In this document: positions 1 to 5,332 of the stretch, piece by piece
Position numbering within the stretch: the first letter of the stretch is position 1
How the letters are laid out: every line of letters starts with the position of its first letter
NCBI GenBank assembly: GCA_028693335.1
Contig: JAQUVR010000051.1
Span: 1 to 5,332 of the forward strand
From: Candidatus Iainarchaeum sp.
GTDB lineage: Archaea; Iainarchaeota; Iainarchaeia; Iainarchaeales; CSSED10-239
DNA length: 5,332 nt
Direction: 5' to 3'
Made by a program: the position numbers and the translations under genes
The notes under the pieces: generated by a model
Told to the model about the DNA's origin: nothing
Database searches by the model: none
What the model saw: the letters and a program-made list of their open reading frames with translations, nothing else

Positions 1-2
1 AA

Positions 3-71
3 GTAGGACTGAATAATTACAAAGGCATTTTAACACCACAGGTGATAATTGAAGATTATCAGGTAATATAA
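3..71 (+). CDS. 3' end of an unidentified upstream gene (partial; continues beyond the window start)
   Basis: It is the only frame open from the window edge (codons 3..68: VGLNNYKGILTPQVIIEDYQVI, stop TAA 69-71). The other two + frames hit stops at 4-6 and 14-16. The stop lies just before the Shine-Dalgarno of the next gene. It is too short to assign a family. Confidence 0.3.
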   Translation, partial: VGLNNYKGILTPQVIIEDYQVI

Positions 72-77
72 AGGGGA
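71..77 (+). promoter_or_regulatory. Shine-Dalgarno-like site for the free-standing homing endonuclease
   Basis: The purine block aagggga is followed by a 7-nt spacer before ATG 84. Confidence 0.5.
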
Positions 78-83
78 ATAGAT

Positions 84-923
84 ATGAGTTATATAATAGA
101 TTTATACACCCAAGGCAATTCTGCGTTAAAAATTTCTAAACAAGAAAATATTCCTGTTCATCAAATATACAAAATATTGGAAAAAAACAATATTCCAAGA
201 AGAAGCAATCGAATAAATAATAAAAAATATAGTTGCAATGAAGATTATTTTGAGAATATAAATACGTCAGAAAAAGCATATTGGTTAGGTTTTTTATACG
301 CTGATGGCTTTGTTTCAAAAAATGAAAAATTTTATAATAGAGGATCGTTAGGAATATCTTTGGCAATAGAAGACAAAGAACATTTAGAAACATTAAATAA
401 AGATTTAAATTCAAATTATCCTATAAACATATATAGTGTAGTTAATGGTTATAAAATTGGTATTCAATATGCAAGAATAATTATTAAAAGTGAAAAAATA
501 TTTAATGATTTGATTGATAAGGGTTTAATTGAAAGAAAATCAGAGATTAAAAAACGTCCAAAAAAAATACCAGAAGAATTAATTAAATATTTTATACTTG
601 GATATTTTGATGGGAATGGTTGTATTTCAATACATAGAAGAAAAAATAATGATAAGTTGGATTTTAAATTTAGAATTACAAGTACAGATGATGTATTATA
701 TTTTATTACAGATTATTTATATAACAATAAATTAATATACAATAAAAGAAAATTAGACAAACGACACATATACGATATTGTCTCTAATTTAGAATACGGA
801 GGGAATAGGCAAGTATATAAAATTATGCACCATCTGTATCAAAATACACCCAGATTTTTAAAAAGAAAACATGAAAGATATTTAATATTAAAAAATCAAC
901 TTATGAAAGAAGGGAAAATATGA
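84..923 (+). CDS. Free-standing two-motif LAGLIDADG homing endonuclease with an N-terminal HTH-like extension
   Basis: The 279-aa ORF has two LAGLIDADG-type motifs: AYWLGFLYADGFVS (about nt 276-317) and KYFILGYFDGNGCIS (about nt 585-629). An ERKS element sits between them, as is common in phage and intein LAGLIDADG enzymes. The N-terminal roughly 40 aa (IDLYTQGNSALKISKQENIPVHQIYKIL) resemble a small helix-turn-helix. ATG 84 has an upstream SD. Stop TGA 921-923 overlaps the dnaE ATG 920-922. Confidence 0.85.
   Translation: MSYIIDLYTQGNSALKISKQENIPVHQIYKILEKNNIPRRSNRINNKKYSCNEDYFENINTSEKAYWLGFLYADGFVSKNEKFYNRGSLGISLAIEDKEHLETLNKDLNSNYPINIYSVVNGYKIGIQYARIIIKSEKIFNDLIDKGLIERKSEIKKRPKKIPEELIKYFILGYFDGNGCISIHRRKNNDKLDFKFRITSTDDVLYFITDYLYNNKLIYNKRKLDKRHIYDIVSNLEYGGNRQVYKIMHHLYQNTPRFLKRKHERYLILKNQLMKEGKI
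907..915 (+). promoter_or_regulatory. Shine-Dalgarno-like site for dnaE, embedded in the 3' end of the upstream endonuclease ORF
   Basis: The sequence aagaaggga ends 5 nt before ATG 920. The ATGA stop/start overlap suggests translational coupling. Confidence 0.4.
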
Positions 924-3220
924 TTAATTTACATGTTCATGATGCAAAAGGTTCATTATTGGATTCTATTGCAACAGTTGATAAAATAGTTGAATTTGCA
1001 AAAAAAAATAATCAAACTGCGATAGCATTAACCAATCATGGAATTATGACTTCATTTGTTGATTTTGTGAAAGAATGTAATAAAAATGATATTAAGCCTA
1101 TCATTGGATGTGAAATTTATGAAACTGATGACATGCATGAGAAGCAAGACACTAGAGATTATCAACAACCAAGATATCATTTAATATTATTGGCAAAAAA
1201 TAAGATTGGTTTGCAAAACTTATTTAAAATAGTATCTATTTCCAATACAGAAGGTTTTTATAAAAAACCAAGAGCATCCTTAGATTGGATTGAAAAAAAT
1301 AATTGTGGGAAAGGAATTATATGTTTAACTGCTTGTCAAGCAGGTAGATTAAGTAAGTATTTAATTAATGATAAAGAATTAGAAGCAATACAATTTGTTA
1401 AACAATTGCAATCTATATTTGATTATGTGTCATGTGAGATACAATCCCATAAAACGATTGATCAGCACAATGCAAATAAAAAAATATATGAATTTTCACA
1501 AAAATATAATTTGCCTTATGTTATTACCACTGATGCTCATATGATAAATAAAAACGAAATTGACACTCATGCAATTTTTGTTGAAATCGGAGAAGGAAGA
1601 GAAGTAGGAGAGAGTTATGTTGATTGTTATTTACAAACAGATTCAGATGTTTACAATATTTTAGAAAAACAATTTTCAAAAGAAATTATAAAAGAGGGTA
1701 TTAATGAAACTATTTTAATTTCAAATATGATTGAAAATATTGATATTGGTTTAAATAATGGTGTTATAATGCCTAAAATACCTGTGCAAGAAGGATTTAA
1801 TTCAAATAAAGAATATTTGAGACATTTAGTTTTCAAAGATTTTGAAAAAAAGTTTTCTCATTTATTAGCAGAAGATCAACAAATAAGAAAAGATAGACTT
1901 GAAATGGAATTGCCTATTTTATATGAGTTAAATTATACAGATTATTTTATTATGTTATATATGTTGGTAGAAGAAGCAAAAAAGAGGGATATCCCAATAG
2001 GGTATTCTAGAGGTTCAGGAGCAAATTGTTTATGTCTTTATATGTTAGGTGTAACTCAAATAGACAGCATTAGATGGGACTTAGATTTTTCAAGATTTGC
2101 TAATTTGGGTAGAAAATCAATTGCTGATTTTGATTTTGATATTTCCAAAAATAGACGAAAAGAATTTATTGAAATATCGGAAGAACTTTTTGGGAAAGAG
2201 AATGTTGCACCAATTGCTACATTTAATACTTTAAGTACAAAAGTAGCAATAAGAGACGTTGGTAAAGTATTAGATGAAAAATCAGAAGAGTATAAAGGTA
2301 AGATACCTTATAAATTACGTGATGAAGTGGCAAAGATGATACCTACTATTAATACTATAAATGATTTAGGTGAGGAAGAAGAAAAAGAAGTATTATTAAG
2401 AGATGTGTTGTTTAAAAACGAAAGATTAAAAGAAATATATGAGCAATATCCCTTGTGGTTTAAGTATGTTATGGAATTAGAAGGTTTGCCTAAAAGTATG
2501 GGTAGACATGCAGCAGGAACTATAATAACTCCCAATCCAGTTGTTAAATATTGTCCTATTTGTTATGATTCTGAAGATAATATTATGATTCAATTAGAAA
2601 TGCATTCAGCAATGGATGATTTAGGTTTAACTAAAATGGATTATCTTGGACTTGAAACAGTAGACATTGTAGATGACACATTAAGAATGGCAGGATTAAC
2701 TTGGGATGATGTAAATATAGATCACTTAAATCTTGAGGATTCAGAAGTATATGAAAAAGTTTATAAAAGTGGCAATACCATTGGAATATTTCAAATGGAA
2801 TCTGCTGAGGCAAGAAGAATGTGTATAGAAGCAGAAGTTGATAATGTAGAAGATATAATAGTCATTAATGCAGCAAACCGACCAGGAACAAAAGACAATT
2901 TCCCTGATTATTGTAAAAACAAAAAATATCCCAATGAAATTGAAGTGTTGCATGAGGATTTGAAGAAAATATTTAATAAAACTCAATATGTTTTACTTTA
3001 TCAGGAGCAAGCATTACAGTTATTTAGATACGCTGGTTTTCCTGAAGAAGAGGTAGATTCTGCGAGAAGAGCAATTGGGAAAAAATTGAAAGATGAAATG
3101 GAAAAATTAGAGATTAAGTTTAAAGAGGGATTGTTAAACAAAAATTGGAATGAAGATCAGATTAATGAAATATGGGGACTAATGCTTAAGCAAGCCGATT
3201 ATTCGTTTAATCGAGGGCAT
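920..3220 (+). CDS. dnaE: DNA polymerase III alpha subunit (DnaE-type, family C), exon 1 (767 codons)
   Basis: PHP-domain motifs: MINLHVHD (HxH), LLDS, TNHG, GCEIY, YHLILLA, LTACQAG, TTDAH. Polymerase core motifs: GYSRGSGANCLCLYMLGVTQID (2000..), ADFDFDIS (2123..), GRHAAG, KMDYLGLETV (2633..), IFQMES, NRPG, LLYQEQ and FNRGH, which ends at 3220. The track ORF continues for 11 non-homologous codons (KIVCHNMVTYC) to TAA 3254-3256, and I read that tail as intron sequence. Confidence 0.9.
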
Positions 3221-3364
3221 AAAATTGTGTGCCACAATATGGTGACATATTGTTAAAAACTTCCGAAACTGCTGGAAACCCCTTAGAGCCTTATAAACTA
3301 CAACGTAATCAGTAATGATAAGCGTGAATGTTTGAAAATTATAAGGATTGGGCAATCAGCATGG
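3221..3364 (+). ncRNA. Group I ribozyme 5' half (IGS/P1, P2, P3, P4-P5 domain, P4')
   Basis: See the helix coordinates in the intron feature. The segment is visibly richer in G+C than the flanking coding DNA (cttccgaaactgctggaaaccccttagagcc). Confidence 0.75.
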
Positions 3365-4226
3365 AAATTATCGTGTATATAGATTAATAATTAGGAGGTA
3401 TATAATTACAAATAAAAAATATTCAAACGAAATAGAAAGACAAATAGTTGATGAATATCTTAACGGAGCAAGCACAAAATATTTGAAAGACAAATATAAT
3501 TTTAAAACGAATAAGTCAATTATAGATAAAGTTAAAAAGTATGGTGAAAATCCAAGGACTCAAAGAGAAGAATTGATGTTAAATAAAACATATGAGGAAT
3601 TTTCAATGTCTATAATTGATAGTTGGTTTAAAGCATATTATTTAGGGTTAATAATTGCAGATGGTTATATTGTTAATAACGTAGTCGGCATTGATATGGT
3701 AGACGAAGATGTTATACAATTTATATCAAATATTATTGATAAACCATATAATATAATAAAAAGAAAACCACCGAGACAAAATAAATATAGAATTACCCTA
3801 AATAGTCCACGTTTAATTGATGAATTTAAACGGTTAAATATTGGAGAAAGAAAATCAAAAACATTAGGTGCAATAAACCTATATGATATTGAATATAAAT
3901 ATTTTCCTTATATAATACGTGGATTGATTGATGGAGACGGATGGATTAGAAAAGATGGCAAAGAATTTTTTATATGTAGCGCTTCGTTAGAATTCATAAA
4001 ATGGTTAAAAAACAAAATGGAAGAAAAAATATATATGCAAGATTTAAATATTGTTCAACAAGATGAAATTAATAAAACCACAATGTATCAATTAAGATCA
4101 TCTTTAAAAAGAAACATTAATATATTAAAAGTCTTGGTATATGACCAACCTTATGGAATGCAAAGAAAATATAATCTTATACACGATAAACCTTCAGAGA
4201 CTATAATGGAAGATACTTTATATTAA
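3348..4226 (+). CDS. Intron-encoded two-motif LAGLIDADG homing endonuclease (start codon uncertain: TTG 3348 per the track, or a non-canonical start near 3402-3405 after the AGGAGG)
   Basis: LAGLIDADG motifs are KAYYLGLIIADGYIV (about nt 3633-3675) and PYIIRGLIDGDGWIRK (about nt 3909-3956), with GERKS between them. The N-terminal part (IERQIVDEYLNGASTKYLKDKYNFKTNKSIIDKVKKYG) is HTH-like. It aligns by eye with the 84..923 protein. Stop TAA 4224-4226. It uses a different frame from both dnaE exons. Confidence 0.85.
   Translation: MGNQHGNYRVYRLIIRRYIITNKKYSNEIERQIVDEYLNGASTKYLKDKYNFKTNKSIIDKVKKYGENPRTQREELMLNKTYEEFSMSIIDSWFKAYYLGLIIADGYIVNNVVGIDMVDEDVIQFISNIIDKPYNIIKRKPPRQNKYRITLNSPRLIDEFKRLNIGERKSKTLGAINLYDIEYKYFPYIIRGLIDGDGWIRKDGKEFFICSASLEFIKWLKNKMEEKIYMQDLNIVQQDEINKTTMYQLRSSLKRNINILKVLVYDQPYGMQRKYNLIHDKPSETIMEDTLY
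3393..3398 (+). promoter_or_regulatory. Strong Shine-Dalgarno (AGGAGG) inside the intron, presumably serving the intron endonuclease
   Basis: A perfect AGGAGG lies in frame within the track ORF. The following in-frame codons are UAU AUA AUU ACA, so no AUG, GUG or UUG sits at canonical spacing. AUU 3405 is 6 nt downstream. Confidence 0.5.
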
Positions 4227-4293
4227 AGTATATGGGATAGTCCAGACCACAACATATTTATATAATATGGCTTGGGAAACCAAGTGTGGTAAG
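4193..4293 (+). ncRNA. Group I ribozyme 3' half (P6', P7, P3', P8, P7', P9 three-way junction, terminal G)
   Basis: It contains the R-like UUCAGAGACUAUA and S-like GAUAGUCC blocks, perfect stems P7 (6 bp), P8 (8 bp), P9 (6 bp), and two nested hairpins, one with a GAAA loop. It ends ...GGUAAG with G4293. Confidence 0.8.
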
Positions 4294-5332
4294 GCCGTAG
4301 CATATGGTTTGCTTAGTTATCTTACAGCATATTTAAAAACGCATTATCCTTTAGAATTTATGACAGCATGTTTAACCGCCAAGAGTGATAATATGTCAAA
4401 ATTAAGTATCTTTATTAATGAATGTCACAGGTTAAATATTCAAGTTGCACCACCAAACATTAATTTATCAGAACGAAATTTTACTGCAATAAAAAATAAA
4501 AATAAAATATTATTTGGATTATATGCAATTAAAGGCGTAGGAGATGCAGTAGTAGATACAATCATAGAAAATAGAAGATATGAAGGGTTTGATGACTTTT
4601 TATCTAAAACAAAGGAATCTGGAAAGATAACCAAAGGAACAATTATCAAGTTGGCAAAAAGTGGTTGTTTTCCAACAAAAAATAAAAGAAATTTTTTGCT
4701 TAGATATGCAAATAAATTATTTGAAAATGATTATAAAAATGAAATTTTTGAAGAAAGAAAAACTTTTAAATCAGTTAAGGAATTAAAAGAAGTATGGGGA
4801 ATTGATACTGATACAATCAAAAATAAGCAAGAGAGACTTAAATTATTCAATCAAAAAAGAAAAGAAAAATTTGACAATGAAGAAGTAGATAGAACATTCA
4901 AAAAAGAAGATGCCCGACAAAAATATATTAAAGAATTTTCGTCAAAATATTTACAAGAAGAATTTATGTGGGAGTTTGAAACTTTATCAATGTTTATTAC
5001 ATATGACCCATTAAAAGAAGCATATAAATATGTTACTCCTTGGGACGAAGTAGACGGTGGAGAAAAAGCAGTTGCTATCTGTGTAGTTGTAGACATTAAA
5101 AGAAAAAAAGATAAAAACAACAATGCTTTTGCCTATTTAGACTTATATACTCCTTATGGGATAATTGAAGCTACTTGTTGGGCAAGGCAATATAAAAACT
5201 TTAATGATTTAATTAAAAAAGGGAATAGTCTTGCAATTTTAGGACGGAAAAGAGATGGACAGTTTTTTGTTGAGTCAATGAAAACTTATAACCAATGGTT
5301 AAAAGATAGAGAAATTAAAATACATAGGAGAT
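4294..5332 (+). CDS. dnaE: DNA polymerase III alpha subunit (DnaE-type), exon 2; partial, continues past the window end
   Basis: I translated this frame codon by codon from 4294 to 5331 and found no stop (346 codons). It reads AVAYGLLSYLTAYLKTHYPLEFMTACLTA (the continuation of the FNKSH block). It then has the HhH region ILFGLYAIKGVGDAVVDTIIENR (about 4507-4575). An OB-fold-like C-terminal region follows: AVAICVVVDIKRKKDKNNNAFAYLDLYTPYGIIEATCW...LAILGRKRDGQFFV (about 5068-5271). It is absent from the ORF track because there is no stop codon in the window. Confidence 0.9.

Larger units (their letters stand above)
3221..4293 (+). mobile_element. Group I self-splicing intron (1073 nt) carrying a LAGLIDADG homing endonuclease, inserted in dnaE
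   Basis: The 5' splice site follows U3220 and the intron ends with G4293. Removing 1073 nt (3n+2) converts the exon 1 frame into the exon 2 frame and restores FNRGH|AVAYGLLSY (canonical FNKSH-AAYAL.SY). P1 pairs exon ggcaU 3216-3220 with Gugcc 3229-3233, including the U3220-G3229 wobble. P2 is 3234-3241/3246-3253 with a GUGA loop. P3 is 3260-3264/4208-4212, followed by J3/4 AAA. P4 is 3270-3275/3356-3361, within a Q-like block AAUCAGCA. The P5 region is 3279-3281/3350-3352 plus 3289-3296/3339-3346. A hairpin at 3308-3311/3316-3319 has a GUAA loop. An R-like block UUCAGAGACUAUA lies at 4193-4205. P7 is 4199-4204/4237-4242, within an S-like block GAUAGUCC. P8 is 4213-4220/4224-4231. P9 is 4246-4251/4285-4290 and encloses hairpins 4253-4258/4264-4269 and 4271-4275/4280-4284 (GAAA loop). 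Confidence 0.85.

Noticed and set aside
30-69. Promoter-like hexamers upstream of the first endonuclease (ttaaca 30-35, ttgaag 49-54, gataat 44-49, taatat 64-69)
   Set aside because: No pair has the 16-18 nt spacing. Such hexamers occur by chance in AT-rich DNA, and they lie inside the upstream coding frame.
136-414. Minus-strand ORF of 92 aa, antisense to the free-standing endonuclease
   Set aside because: It is low-complexity, Leu/Phe/Ile/Tyr-rich and fully embedded antisense to a CDS with clear motifs. This is a typical AT-rich antisense artefact.
921-923. Possible genetic code 4 (TGA read as Trp), given the extreme AT richness
   Set aside because: TGA 921-923 works as a stop in a classic ATGA overlap. 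Trp is encoded by TGG throughout (for example in WLG, RWDL, LTWDD, WGID). No in-frame TGA occurs in the conserved CDSs.
1000-1008. A9 homopolymer in dnaE as a programmed slippage or frameshift site
   Set aside because: The frame continues uninterrupted (AKKNNQTAIALTNHG) into conserved PHP motifs. Long A runs are expected at this base composition.
1651-2986. Minus-strand ORFs 1651..1836, 2308..2535, 2631..2813 and 2741..2986, antisense to dnaE exon 1
   Set aside because: They are short and hydrophobic or low-complexity, and two of them overlap each other. They have no RBS and lie opposite strongly conserved polymerase motifs.
920-3256. dnaE as a truncated pseudogene
   Set aside because: All catalytic and PHP motifs are intact. 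The missing C-terminal part is present and open downstream, and it is restored exactly by intron removal.
3366-3404. AT-only palindromes (aattat 3366-3371 with ataatt 3387-3392; tatata 3376-3381 with tatata 3399-3404) as a P6a stem or as an SD-sequestering structure
   Set aside because: They are mutually exclusive and purely A-U, with large loops. They cannot be distinguished from chance in this composition without comparative data.
3221-4293. Intein interrupting DnaE, since DnaE is a classic intein host and the insert encodes a LAGLIDADG enzyme
   Set aside because: The insert is not in frame with the host gene. The exon 1 frame hits TAA at 3254-3256, the HE is in a third frame preceded by TAA 3342-3344, and the insert length is 3n+2. 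There are no intein splicing blocks at the junctions, while RNA helices and group I boundary rules fit well.
4711-4725. NKLFE as a beta-clamp-binding motif (QL[SD]LF-like) between the HhH and OB regions
   Set aside because: Only the LF core matches, so it is too degenerate to call from one sequence.
4440-5123. Minus-strand ORFs 4440..4649 and 4851..5123
   Set aside because: They are antisense to the open, motif-bearing dnaE exon 2 frame, and they have no recognisable motifs.
5326-5330. aggag at the window edge as the SD of a downstream gene overlapping the dnaE 3' end
   Set aside because: The window ends 2 nt later, so no start codon or dnaE stop can be seen.
4267-5332. Independent C-terminal dnaE fragment gene starting at ATG 4267 (MAWETKCGKAVAYG...), meaning a gene split by endonuclease insertion rather than an intron
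   Set aside because: There is no Shine-Dalgarno upstream of 4267 (ccacaacatatttatataat). The ATG and the following codons lie inside the well-formed P9 hairpins. The extra residues have no counterpart in DnaE. It remains the main alternative if splicing cannot be shown.
1-5332. CRISPR arrays, tandem or inverted terminal repeats, tRNA or rRNA genes, rho-independent terminators
   Set aside because: I found no repeated spacer-repeat pattern, no cloverleaf-capable segment and no GC-rich stem followed by a T tract. The only strong stems are those assigned to the intron.

Overview
This is a very AT-rich replication module that looks phage- or mobile-element-derived, with every supported gene on the + strand. 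The central gene is a dnaE-type (family C, Pol III alpha) DNA polymerase that is interrupted. Exon 1 (920..3220) stops inside the conserved FNKSH motif (here FNRGH). Exon 2 (4294..window end) resumes with AVAYGLLSYLTAYLKTHYP. Exon 2 is missing from the ORF track because it has no stop inside the window. The intervening 1073 nt (3221..4293) can be folded by eye into a near-complete group I intron. It has a U-G wobble at the 5' splice site within P1, helices P2 to P9, Q/R/S-like consensus blocks, three GNRA tetraloops and a terminal G. The intron carries a two-motif LAGLIDADG homing endonuclease ORF (3348..4226) whose 3' end runs through the ribozyme core. A second LAGLIDADG endonuclease with the same domain layout (84..923) is free-standing just upstream and overlaps the dnaE start codon (ATGA). 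Positions 3..71 appear to be the 3' end of an unidentified upstream gene. I saw no tRNA, rRNA, CRISPR array or convincing promoter or terminator. All minus-strand ORFs in the track look like antisense artefacts of AT-rich coding DNA. Nothing here could be checked against databases, so I cannot say whether the intron or its insertion site is novel.
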